Below the pieces are notes generated by a model. It saw only the letters and a program-made list of their open reading frames with translations. It was not told the origin of the DNA and did no database searches. Position numbers and translations under genes: made by a program. This document shows positions 41,801 to 48,943 of a stretch of DNA of 64,000 nt, one piece after another (the first letter of the stretch is position 1; the number at the start of each line of letters is the position of its first letter). Source of the DNA: a virus; IMG/VR virus record IMGVR_UViG_3300043399_000788, positions 1 to 64,000 of that record; one strand, written 5' to 3'.

Positions 41801-44173
41801 ACATATAATAATCGTGCATACGTATTGCGTGATTCAGTTCCATCAACTATAACTGGGGAATACTTTACAATAGAAGATTTTAGATTATATGATGCAAGCG
41901 AGTTTGAAAGTCATTTAAACAGAACTTGGGCATATTATCAACCTATTGCAGGATTACCAGGAAAAGATCTTGGTCAATTGTTTGCTGGTGTTGAATATCC
42001 TGGTGTTAAAGTGCAAGGACCAGGATTTAGAGCAGAACCAGGTTACGATGTTGGCAACTATGATATGGATAGCTTCGATCAATATATTATTGGTGCAGAA
42101 GGTGTTGCATTGCTCGATGAAAGTGTATTAGATCAAACATTGCGTAGTGATTTCCTAGACACTACACTAGGAACAAAACCAGAAGATTTAATTACATTTG
42201 GGGGAAGTTTTGTTGATACTTATTCAAGTCATGCCCCAGAAGAAGCAGTTCCAGGTCGTGTATACGATACTCTCAATATAACTGTTCATACATTAAGTAC
42301 TAACTTTGCTGATGATACTACTGGATTCAGCCCAAGATTTAATGTAAACAAGCATACCACAGATGGAGTTACAAAACGATTTAAATTTAATGATGGTACC
42401 CAAACACATAGCGGAGATTATTTTATAGTCTATTCTGATATTTTTGGTCCATTGTATAGGAAAATTGAAGAAACTAACTTTGCTCCGCCAACAAGTATTG
42501 TTGAGGGTGGATATTATGCTCAAGCTATGCAGAGAACATATTCAGTTGATTGGCAAAATCAAGAAATTGTTTTTGAGACTCCGTTAATTGAAAATGATAT
42601 CATAACAATTATGAATATTGGTCAAATAGGTGAAAATATTCTCGCTGATGACTATTATGAGGGTGATGGAAAAACAGCAGCATTTAGATTCAATGTTAGC
42701 TTTAATCAAATAGGAGGCGTATTAGTTCTTGTTAATGGAATTCCAAGAACAGATTACTCTACTCAAAACATTAACGGTGAACCTCACGTTGTATTCTATG
42801 CTGCTCCAGCTGAAGGTAGTCACGTACACTTAATAGCAACATTGTCAACTAGTGGTGCCATAAGTTATGTTAATACACAGTACACACAAGTTCATAATTT
42901 GAATAGATCTATTATTTTAAATCGATCTATTCAAAATGATAGAGCAAAAGATACTGTAATGATTGTTGAATTGAATAGTAAACGTTTAAGACCAGGAAAC
43001 AGTAATTATTATGTTGGTGATGGTGTTACAACTGCATTTAATCTTCCAAATTCTGCTGATGATGATTATTCTGCAATTAACTTAGGTAAAATTGAAGTTT
43101 GGATTAACGGTATTAAAATACCTGATTCAAACTACAATATAACTCCGTATGACGGAAGTACAGCACCTCAGGTAGAATTTAACACTGCCCCACGAGAAGG
43201 ATCAGATATTAGCTTAACTTACTCAGGTGAAGCAGAATATTCTTATGATCCACAAACACGCACTGTTAGAGTTTCAGAAGCAATCGATGTTCCAAACGGT
43301 AGCTTACTATCTGTTACAGCATTTAGCTATCACGATTCTTATAAGTTTAAAACTAAAATCTTTAAAGGCGTAGATTTTGCTACAGCAGTAGTAGAAGTTG
43401 ATGTTGGTTATGGAATGGTTTCTTTTGATTCTATTGAATTCGATAGCACTCAAACAGTTACAAAGGCACTTGGTCAAAGCTATCAAATTGATAGCGATCA
43501 AAATAATGCTGAAAAAGTATTCATCAGTATAAACGGTAAAACATTGATTGCAGGGTATGAATATAACATAGTAAATGGAAAAATTTCCTTACCTGATTCG
43601 ATTATAATCAATGACGATACAATCATCATAGTTACTTGGATGAGTCCTATTGAATACACTAATGCAACAACATTCCGTGTTTTTAAAGATTTAAATGATA
43701 ACTTCTACTATAATAGACTTTCGTTAAATGAAGCAACAACATTAACTAAAAACTTGTTAATAACTGATAAGGAAATTTATGTAAAAGATGCAAGCAAACT
43801 TAGCGAACCAAACTTAGATCAAAATATTCCTGGAGTAATATTCATTGGGGGAGAACGCATAACATATTGGAAGAAAGATGGAAATGTTCTAAGTCAAATT
43901 AGAAGAGGAACAGCTGGAACACCTGCTACACTTGAATATGCTTCAGGTAGTATTGTTGTTGATGCAAGCGGTAAATCTGCAATACCAAACGGAGAATTAG
44001 GAACATGGTACGATTTAGGTGAAGAAGGACCATCTAATGGTAAAGGACTATTGCTTTCTAACACTATACAAGCTAGATTCTTGAAAGAAAGCAAGGGTAT
44101 TGTTCCATTCTTAAGTGCTATTCAAATTGAAGGATATATTTTACCTGGCTATGTTGTAGAACAGTATTTCTAA
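29822..44173 (+). CDS. Giant (4783 aa) baseplate wedge/attachment protein (gp7-like position)
   Basis: Uninterrupted 14.3-kb ORF after gp6, with FG-GAP-like propeller repeats, CBM5/12-like motifs, Ig-like repeats and a YIEEVKPYHTKIRE segment. Confidence 0.7.
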   Translation: MAYRRSLDFLPNVFRTEVNEKFLHATIDQLISEPELKRVDGYIGRRFSPVSGSNDSFINELTTSRQNYQLEPHTTYLDDDSKVRFTAGYVDLLRRIESLGGFTNNHSRLFSDTTYNYDGFIDYDKFLNYSSYYWIPNGPNAVPVYSTEIPLQQEFNVVPPNLYQIVNGEYEKEKFDFLAFDVSENTISRVREDGIRFDVTGDRINPTIRLARGGVYTFNVDQVGHGLFIQTQPGTTEELGWQGNLSSRDVFGVENNGEDVGTITFKVPEINAQDFFLRMPVFASANLLAHSRRRNRDLRYNEIHYQKYNDIVSKFGGIDGQYMLEGKTIVFPRDPATGKNPQPWAPNTEFFEGDLIQYANTVYRVLETYTTGRMFTDTKLEVYDLQESWFDPDPFDSVDHSFDSRGFDIGNDVSFEHRRGIFNITINQDGYVVLQPGSVIPRNNQVKILEGVAYGNKSVYRNSNDDIVLMPLTTANLDRFYYADSLDPNIGGVIEIVDQNNNSYIDVLGSIIGKPNYESPNNVKLTNGLKIKFLTDVIPTEYANKTYYVEGVGKAIKLVDEDTLLANETWLNTIESPFDLNDFDAEGFSASTNSPLNPDYFVINRSSIEQSGWTRHNRWFHKDVIELTSKYNNFNISIDSSARAKRPILEFDPNLQLFNFGQIAKKAVDVIDTKTVDALSLVEGKAVKSIDSNIVYFTGSASAVAEFRLEKEREGYTVVRETSQGGVVTIQMKLQGISGYYIDDVPLSPGMRVIFTADTDPDVRNKIYQVEWIRPQNETDDRVWDFVSDGSTNSFDLNFNVADASRLQVFVNGIDASSQGYYWSYLLATQNIVFSLNTPPADANITVSLEFDEQIHLVLAEDSEVQEGDCVYVKQGLNYQGKMFHFLNDMWKEAQQKTKINQPPLFDLYDENRVSFGDTTAYSSTDFNGCKLFGYEIGTGIVDPILGIKLKYKNINNIGDIVLGDFISKDTFLYREGQQSITKSTIGAKVKENLPDRTFTFRNQWRKVRQKGRQPQLQTYYATDYKKNLFKLNVMPDGITNQMLTNVIVYINNKLLFNNRYDLQIEDNNAYLLLDNDLKVGDKIDIKVYSSEINENSIFGVPLNYTNNPFNKEVTDVTLGQFRTHIDSCIEDIPNISDEPLSPNNIRDTLDIKSFRGTILQHSGATHIANFLLNDTQANFVSAVINAQREYVRFKNRFIQLTEELMLINESPSETLEKVMNEIVANKNKNFAYFTSDMLPFGNDYNKRIYKVYDTRLTTYDLSEIFNISNPSSKSVLVYLNNRQLILGKDYEILTERPIIELNLTNVTLNENDIIEIREYTTTDGSYIPPTPTKLGLYPVFVPTFVVDGYGENARKMIRGHDGSLNTTFDDNRDNVILELETRIFNNIKSAYNIDRFDIWNYIPGAFRKTDYNLDEFNSILSSHFSAWSGSNSIAVSDYRQYDANDSFTYNYGRFTNRVDGKMMPASSWRGMYRYYYDTDAPHLRPWEMLGFVEKPSWWDITYGPAPYTSGNTVLWGDIEAGKILFGERAGVDSRFARPGLSNILPVDENGELLSPMNCLTKDTSELDVSGFFKFGDGGPVETAWKQSSEYPFVLQIAIALMKPSEYFGVNIDANKQIIDLFDEQEIFIETGIRESSNRYVQNEVDENSNVYRVNSYSTWVSEYCKSKGLDVTNALGKKLRKLESRLGYKVGGYTDKKYLRIITDQFTPASDNPGVIIPDDDFDIVLNKSAPLYNLTYSGVIVTKTVDGYSVTGYDDNKPYFNIESSSENNNKSYIKVGKLAVTKYHDGTGEIYRVPYGTEFFSIDQVADFLISYGRYLTRQGFQFTDKLDADASWYQDWDLAVREFLFYVQQGWETDVAISLSPVGNKINYRSPFGAVDSLNNKPLSTRILDEDFKIVRANEYTVYRNGRDFNAKVDANRGIYLVDIDVVEYEHVIIFNNKTRFNDVIYDSIIGDRQHRLRLQGFKTSDWDGSYSAAGFIINEDNVEEWRPGVNYNKGDIVIFKEEYFTAADKISASIDFNFELWIKTEYNSIKKGLLPNLANKAGLFKNFYNSNDVNLEQDAQTLGKNLIGFESRSYMEDLGISDTSQFKFYQGMLSQKGTNSSLDKLLKAKVDNFGGYANVYEEWAIKVGSYGATDSTRNLQIELDEAWAVKDPLVIELLNDNDAMPTGYKGLRSKDIFVKHIPYDKNFLNYRSTKTTPSDLYTAGYAQLSDVDYASPTRAALNSYVQGADVGPGDLIWIAADRNNQWSVYRIDETDVRLESLNIIANGNATIRCVNNHGLEKNDLIYITSDNINPNVFGFFTVTTILDARTFVVSTGYGAAQVNPFGGFVYKLKNMRFENVQQVASQEPLKGWQKDDTIFVDKADNQGWKIYQNDKSWNVGPSFRSKLSFLGDRLGHSLATDVENLYMIAGRPGYNNDQGGIVLYSINISGDLAEIANLTTNSNETSGVGLSVSASNDSFFAAGAPTSANNLGYVVIFASNPETGNFRTQQVITADTLDLDGEFGYSVKLSNDGNWLVVGQPGIDEGYVYVYQRNIVRVAPSATANFQADGSSVAYELTGDLANPNDVESVYVTINGIALNPGVDYDIVESTLIFSEIPIISSNIVVTVNRSEPKQTFLADGITNEFELSGDNATPSSIYALFVEVDGVIQVPFKDYTLGIVGGKYIVTITDTPVGGVEVVISQRTHYSLVTSFTNAAATIGDRFGQTVELTDNARQILVGAPASIIDGIDNTGKIYIYDRTAEIYYADGVSNDYVTLSNIEGKPYVYVDNQKLVEFEDYYQTALDTIQFVNKPSTGSLIKIETNNLILTDALTAEDANDDLEESARFGESIVVCPTNCSVYVGSPGRNSSSKINAGKVYRFINQGRAFGKIRGTVENPTIANDSALIINDFIIGLYSGYGLNDIIDAINNAVIPGVTASNFNDYLQIETNSLITGEKLLISEAIGNPAEDIGVVIYPHQQTIDSPQDDHYVEFGRSLAIGSEADLLAIGSSRASSRLETTIDNKTTYFDARATSFNDIRKQSGAVWLYQMLSTSNSSAQNPGQFISGQRLINSFIDNLDEYGASIAINKTTIYVGAPGDDTRIANDSSLSNAGAVFSFENSSKQKIWKTIRREEGKVDINLINRVFLYNKETSAIVADLEFIDPVKGKISGLAAQEITYQTPYDPAVYNNTSAGRVWGKEHIGQVWWDISQTRWLDYEQGNVDTRGVNWNTAFPGSTVICYEWIENDLPPTQFVDEKDPTAFARSNTFNIIANIDSNTGVVTNKYYYWVAGKRTIPQINNRRYSTVDLENLIANPRSTGIPFITFIARNAVALYNCSNLLQDKNVILNIDYDYKLNENSIHTEFQLLSENDPASHPNEKLVQKMIDSLAGTDVLGNLVPDVKLTIGEKYGIEYRPRQTMFRNRKEALKSAVSYINRILSEIPARDKKDVSNLLAYELIPNVNQNAYDDVVNDRVELGYININLLPANYRILVRSDAEVSNRWAIYRKQNNIWILDRVQTFDNRRYIDTIDWIKPGEVDPIVTNYTINFNYELLSLTPIEGDTVKVKDSGDGRYAVLKFTNQNGYEIIKKEAATYKILDAIWNESTYVQGFDRETFDVQIFDDWPTLEIQKILRAIYDDIFVSEDQVQKNKWFLLVIKHLLAEQKYVDWVFKTSFIKVEHRDQQAISQIPSLQKDRQDNLRKYIEEVKPYHTKIREFINSHEGTDVYESATTDFDVPAYFNETNGTYRSPTGLDEIDDIIFDRPEYAAWLNNHTLEIESVLVYNTGSGYSSPPALTVVGGSGTGAKLEAVIVNGQITSVSVINSGTGFITTPTIEIGNSSGDGAILIPVMTNQKVRSIKDTVKFDRIPNNGGFLVQFLDSFGNPVDIRNQRKSRIIGEQGVIDELLDALTGFNWIKENSGSVNWPVENASNYRIFSDDSGRIQVQYKKTQGGWTASFLQAYLRSLGYAVGIDELDISGTTVVVDGNMSLYAPTVMEWQPNTRYDTGDIVTYNNRAYVLRDSVPSTITGEYFTIEDFRLYDASEFESHLNRTWAYYQPIAGLPGKDLGQLFAGVEYPGVKVQGPGFRAEPGYDVGNYDMDSFDQYIIGAEGVALLDESVLDQTLRSDFLDTTLGTKPEDLITFGGSFVDTYSSHAPEEAVPGRVYDTLNITVHTLSTNFADDTTGFSPRFNVNKHTTDGVTKRFKFNDGTQTHSGDYFIVYSDIFGPLYRKIEETNFAPPTSIVEGGYYAQAMQRTYSVDWQNQEIVFETPLIENDIITIMNIGQIGENILADDYYEGDGKTAAFRFNVSFNQIGGVLVLVNGIPRTDYSTQNINGEPHVVFYAAPAEGSHVHLIATLSTSGAISYVNTQYTQVHNLNRSIILNRSIQNDRAKDTVMIVELNSKRLRPGNSNYYVGDGVTTAFNLPNSADDDYSAINLGKIEVWINGIKIPDSNYNITPYDGSTAPQVEFNTAPREGSDISLTYSGEAEYSYDPQTRTVRVSEAIDVPNGSLLSVTAFSYHDSYKFKTKIFKGVDFATAVVEVDVGYGMVSFDSIEFDSTQTVTKALGQSYQIDSDQNNAEKVFISINGKTLIAGYEYNIVNGKISLPDSIIINDDTIIIVTWMSPIEYTNATTFRVFKDLNDNFYYNRLSLNEATTLTKNLLITDKEIYVKDASKLSEPNLDQNIPGVIFIGGERITYWKKDGNVLSQIRRGTAGTPATLEYASGSIVVDASGKSAIPNGELGTWYDLGEEGPSNGKGLLLSNTIQARFLKESKGIVPFLSAIQIEGYILPGYVVEQYF

Positions 44174-44200
44174 TAAATAAATTTGAATAAGGATTTTCAA

Positions 44201-47200
44201 ATGGCACTAATTTTAAGGCGAGATTCTATTAATCCGTTGTCTTATGAAGAAATGGATGGAAACTTTCAGTTTCTACAAGATGAAATTATTAGTCTTCAAT
44301 CTGGTTTAAGTATCTCGCCTGATTATATACGTAGTTTATTTACTGGTGGACCAGGAATTACGTATGATAATGCAACTGGTGAAATTAAATTTTCTGGCGG
44401 ATCTAATGTAGTAACTTCTATCAACGGACAATCTGGTAATGTAACAATAACAGAAGCAGATTTTCAATTTACAACAAGCGACGTAGTTGAAGGTAATAAA
44501 CAATACTTTACTACTGACCGTGCATGGGCCGCGGTCAGAGAAAAAATTAAAGTTGGCAACGGGCTAAGAAAAGCGGAAACTGCTAACGATTTAACTATTT
44601 CTGCAAAAGTTTTTAACATATCGTTGATTGGTGCTGTAAACGGTTCTGCAACAGTAACAGATTTAAATGACATTGTTATTAATACTACGTTCTTAGGCGG
44701 CGCCTCGGCGTCCGGTGAAGGCGGCGGCGACATTATCGTTACAGAAGGTATCGTTGTTCGTAACCCTCCAGCATTAACTGGAACACGTAGATTTATTGGG
44801 TTAGATTTTGATCCAAATGATTTTATTGTAACAGAATCTGGCGACTTTGCTATGATAAAAAACAAAGTCCAAGATGATTACATTATTGAAGTTGTTGGTA
44901 ATGCTATCAGTGGTACTATTTTTGGTGACGTTACTGAAACAGAAAGTGGTATCGCTGTAACATTTGATAGAGAAAACGGCGCAATTCGTCTTTCTCCACG
45001 TACTTTTAAAATTACTTTAACTGGCGCAATAACAGGTGAAGGTTCTGTTGAAAGATTAAGAGACGTAACAATTAAAACTTTTAACAGTGAAGGTTTTATT
45101 ACCGGGTTTGATGCTTATATTGACGTTAATAAAGTTAACACTGAGAAGTTAACTGAGTTTCAATTTGATTTAAACGCATTTAACATTAATGCTGTAAACA
45201 AAAGACTTTTTATTACAACAAAAAATGCTTTAACACCGCAAGACGTAAGAGACATTATTGGCAATACTGTACAAGGTACCGAACAAGATGTTGATTTATC
45301 TACTCTTACTGAAACTGGTATCATTGTTACATATGACAGAGCAAACAATACATTAAGTGTTGCCCCAAGAGATTTTACTATTACTCTCGAAGGTGCAGTT
45401 ACTGGTAGCGTAAAAATTTCTCGCCTACGTGATTCAGTATTAACAGCAATCAACAGTAACAACTACATTTCAGGTTTAGATGTCTTTAGTGATGTAAACC
45501 AAGTTAACGCACAAAAGATAACTGAACTACAATTTAATATGAATGCTTTCAACGTCACAACTGCTGGCAGTAGAGCAATATTAGATTTAAAAGGTGCCTT
45601 AACCCCACAAGACGTAAGAGATATTATTGGTAATACTGTACAGGGTACAGAACAGGACGTTGACCTTTCAACTATAACTGAAACAGGTATTATCGTAACT
45701 TATGATAGAAACAATAATACATTAAGTGTAGCCCCTAGAGACTTTACTATATCTCTTGCAGGTGCAGTTACTGGTAGTGTTAAGATTACACGTCTAAGAG
45801 ACGCTGTATTAACAACAATTAATAGTAACAATTATATTTCAGGACTTGATGTTTACAGTGATGTAAATCAAGTAAACTCTTCAAAGATCACTGAATTTCA
45901 ATTTGATGTAAATGATTTTGGTGTAAGCACTGTTGATAATCGAGCATATTTAAGAATTAAAAACGCTTTATCCCCACAAGATGTTAGAGACATTATTGGT
46001 AATACAGTTTCAGGTACCGAGCAAGATGTGGATCTTTCAACTATAACTGAAACTGGTATTATCGTAACTTACGACAGAAGTAATAATACTTTAAGTGTTG
46101 CACCGCGTAATTTCACTATTACATTAGAAGGCGCAGTCACTGGTAGCGCAACAATTACTCGTTTAAGAGACGTTACATTAACTGCAATTAACAGCAACAA
46201 TTATATTTCAGGTTTAGATGTTTATAGTGATGTAAACAAAGTTAACAATAACAAGATTACTGAATTTAGTTTTAATTTAGACGATTTTAACATAACCGCA
46301 TCAAATAACAGAGCATTGTTATCGTTAAAAAATATTCTATCTGCAAGTGACGTAAGAGATATTATTGGTAATACTGTTACCGGTACTGAAAGAGATGTGG
46401 ATCTTTCAACTATAACTGAAACTGGTATCATTGTAACATATGATAAAGTTAATAATACTTTAAGCATTGCTCCTAGAAACTTTACAATCACATTAACTGG
46501 TGCAGTTGCAGGTACTGCAACTATTTCTCGTTTAAGAGACGTTACACTAAACACACTAAACATTAATGAATATATTTCAGGTTTAGATGTTTATAGTGAT
46601 GTTAACTTAGTAAGCACTGCTCCAATTAAGGAGTTATCTTTCAATCAAGATCAATTCGAAATACTCCCAGCACATCACAGAACTACAATATCTTTAAAAG
46701 GAATATTGAGTCAACAAGACGTAAGAGATATTATTGGTAACACTATTTCAGGTACTGAGCAAGATGTTGACCTTTCAACTATAACTGAAACTGGTATCAT
46801 TGTAACATATGATCGAAACAATAATACTTTAAGTGTTGCTCCTAGAAACTTTACTATTACACTTGCTGGCGCAGTTACTGGTAGCGCAACAATTACTCGT
46901 TTACAAGATGTTACACTAAACGTTCTAAACAGCAACAATTATATTTCAGGTTTAGATGTTTATAGTGATGTAAACAAAGTTAACGTAGAAAAAATTACAC
47001 AAGTTAAGTTTAACTTAAATGATTTCAATGTTAGTGCAAGCGGAAATCAAGCAACATTAGCATTAAAAAATATTTTAACTACACAAGATGTTAAGGATAT
47101 TATTGGTTCTACAATTACTGGAACTGAATTAAATGCTGATTTAAGTTCGTTAACAGAAACAGGCATCGTAGTAAGTTATGATCCAAGTAATCAAAATTTA

Positions 47201-48943
47201 AGTATAGCTCCGCGTAACTTTACAATTACATTAGATGGCGCTGTTACTGGTAGTGCTACAATACGTAAACTTCGTGATGTTACATTAACAACATTTAATA
47301 CCAACAATTATATTTCAGGACTTGATTTATACGAAGGTGTTAATAAAACTAACATTGCTAAAATTACTGATTTAGAATTTGATGAAGCTAACTTTGATGT
47401 TAACTCTACCGATAACAGAACAGTAGTTACATTAAAGAATCAGTTGTCAACAACTGATATACGTAATATTATTGGCAATACTATTACTGGAACTGAATTA
47501 AGTGCAGATCTTTCTTCAATAACTGAAACTGGTATCATTGTAAATTATAATTCTTCAAACGGCACACTAAGCGTTGCTCCTAGAAACTTTACAATTACAT
47601 TAACTGGTGCAGTCACTGGTACTGCAACTATTAGTAGATTGCGTGATGCAACAATTAATGTTCTCAATACTAATGAATATATTTCAGGTCTTGATATTTT
47701 TGACGGTGTTGATAAAAAGAACATCACCCCAATTAAATCATTAGTATTTGATCCAGCACAGTTTAATATTACTACAGACGGTATTACAGCAAGTGTACAG
47801 TTTAACAATCCAATTGATACACAAGCAGTTAAGGACATTATTGGTACTACTGTTTTAGGTGAATCTAGAGACCCAGTTACTGGTCGTGTAAGTGAAACAG
47901 GTATCTTAGTCAGCTATGATGCTGAAAATAACTTCTTAAGTGTTGCTCCACAAGATTTCACTATCACGTTAATAGGTGACGTTACTGGATCAACTACTAT
48001 TAGTAAGTTACGTAGTGGAACAATCACTACAACTACATCTGCTATTAAAGGACTTGGCATTTCATCCAATAGTGTTCCATTTGATAGCTTAGTTAAAAAT
48101 CTAAACTTTAGTTCAAACTTTATTTTAACTAGAAATTCTGAAACTAACACACTTGGCATTGATATTTCTAACCTACTTAATACAAATCAAGTTTTAAGCA
48201 TTGTTGGTGATGCACTAACCGGCACACAAAATGGTATAGCTGTAAGCTATAACGGTATCGAACGTCAATTTAAATATAATTTGGCTAACTTAGCTGTTAA
48301 TTTACAGGGTGCAGTACAAGGCACCGGTACACTGACTTATTCAGGAACTGGAACACAAACACTTAACATCACTACTGAAATTGGTGAAGTTGGTTCTGGA
48401 CTTGCAGTTAAAGACGAAGGTGAAGTTAAAGGAACTAGTGTTAGCGCAATTAATTTCGTAGGTGGCGGCGTAACTTCAAGTGTAAGCATGGACGGCACAG
48501 TTGCTACTGTAAGCATTCCAAACAGCCCTGCTAACGAAAAGTTCCTGCTTGTAGATCAAGGTAGCGCAAACGTTCCAAATGCACGCAGATTGGTAGCAGG
48601 TACAGGTATCGTACTTTCAGATGGCGGCCCTGGTGATGATTTCGTTATTAGTGCTAGCGGTGGCGAAGTTTTAGGTAAAGTTCAAGTCACATATGAAGGT
48701 CAAATTGTTGACGAAGTTCCAACAGTAAACTTTGTTGATAGTCAACAAGTATTCTTTGAAATAACAAGTGACGGATCAACAAACAAAGTTAATGTAACAG
48801 CTTATAGCTTATTAAACGGTTGGTATAGAAAAACTGAGATAGACAATGGTACATTAACGGATAAATATGGTAATAGCTTAGATATGGGGCCAATTGTTGG
48901 CGGCATTATCGAAAATCAAATTAACCTTGGGGATATAGTATGA
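44201..48943 (+). CDS. Long tail-fibre-like protein with ~123-aa tandem repeats
   Basis: AAGGA RBS before ATG 44201; N-terminal LILRR...PLSYEEMDGNF anchor-type motif; eight conserved plus two diverged repeats. Confidence 0.7.
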   Translation: MALILRRDSINPLSYEEMDGNFQFLQDEIISLQSGLSISPDYIRSLFTGGPGITYDNATGEIKFSGGSNVVTSINGQSGNVTITEADFQFTTSDVVEGNKQYFTTDRAWAAVREKIKVGNGLRKAETANDLTISAKVFNISLIGAVNGSATVTDLNDIVINTTFLGGASASGEGGGDIIVTEGIVVRNPPALTGTRRFIGLDFDPNDFIVTESGDFAMIKNKVQDDYIIEVVGNAISGTIFGDVTETESGIAVTFDRENGAIRLSPRTFKITLTGAITGEGSVERLRDVTIKTFNSEGFITGFDAYIDVNKVNTEKLTEFQFDLNAFNINAVNKRLFITTKNALTPQDVRDIIGNTVQGTEQDVDLSTLTETGIIVTYDRANNTLSVAPRDFTITLEGAVTGSVKISRLRDSVLTAINSNNYISGLDVFSDVNQVNAQKITELQFNMNAFNVTTAGSRAILDLKGALTPQDVRDIIGNTVQGTEQDVDLSTITETGIIVTYDRNNNTLSVAPRDFTISLAGAVTGSVKITRLRDAVLTTINSNNYISGLDVYSDVNQVNSSKITEFQFDVNDFGVSTVDNRAYLRIKNALSPQDVRDIIGNTVSGTEQDVDLSTITETGIIVTYDRSNNTLSVAPRNFTITLEGAVTGSATITRLRDVTLTAINSNNYISGLDVYSDVNKVNNNKITEFSFNLDDFNITASNNRALLSLKNILSASDVRDIIGNTVTGTERDVDLSTITETGIIVTYDKVNNTLSIAPRNFTITLTGAVAGTATISRLRDVTLNTLNINEYISGLDVYSDVNLVSTAPIKELSFNQDQFEILPAHHRTTISLKGILSQQDVRDIIGNTISGTEQDVDLSTITETGIIVTYDRNNNTLSVAPRNFTITLAGAVTGSATITRLQDVTLNVLNSNNYISGLDVYSDVNKVNVEKITQVKFNLNDFNVSASGNQATLALKNILTTQDVKDIIGSTITGTELNADLSSLTETGIVVSYDPSNQNLSIAPRNFTITLDGAVTGSATIRKLRDVTLTTFNTNNYISGLDLYEGVNKTNIAKITDLEFDEANFDVNSTDNRTVVTLKNQLSTTDIRNIIGNTITGTELSADLSSITETGIIVNYNSSNGTLSVAPRNFTITLTGAVTGTATISRLRDATINVLNTNEYISGLDIFDGVDKKNITPIKSLVFDPAQFNITTDGITASVQFNNPIDTQAVKDIIGTTVLGESRDPVTGRVSETGILVSYDAENNFLSVAPQDFTITLIGDVTGSTTISKLRSGTITTTTSAIKGLGISSNSVPFDSLVKNLNFSSNFILTRNSETNTLGIDISNLLNTNQVLSIVGDALTGTQNGIAVSYNGIERQFKYNLANLAVNLQGAVQGTGTLTYSGTGTQTLNITTEIGEVGSGLAVKDEGEVKGTSVSAINFVGGGVTSSVSMDGTVATVSIPNSPANEKFLLVDQGSANVPNARRLVAGTGIVLSDGGPGDDFVISASGGEVLGKVQVTYEGQIVDEVPTVNFVDSQQVFFEITSDGSTNKVNVTAYSLLNGWYRKTEIDNGTLTDKYGNSLDMGPIVGGIIENQINLGDIV
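45240..48030 (+). repeat. Coding tandem repeat, 369-bp period
   Basis: Unit start GA(C/T)GT(A/T)AGAGA(C/T)ATTATTGG recurs at ~45242, 45611, 45980, 46349 and 46718, with diverged copies at ~47087, 47456 and 47825. Confidence 0.9.

Noticed and set aside
15131-44173. Inteins, introns or homing endonucleases in gp46, gp47 or the giant ORF
   Set aside because: No intein splice-junction pattern and no LAGLIDADG, HNH or GIY-YIG motifs were recognised; the conserved genes have ordinary lengths.
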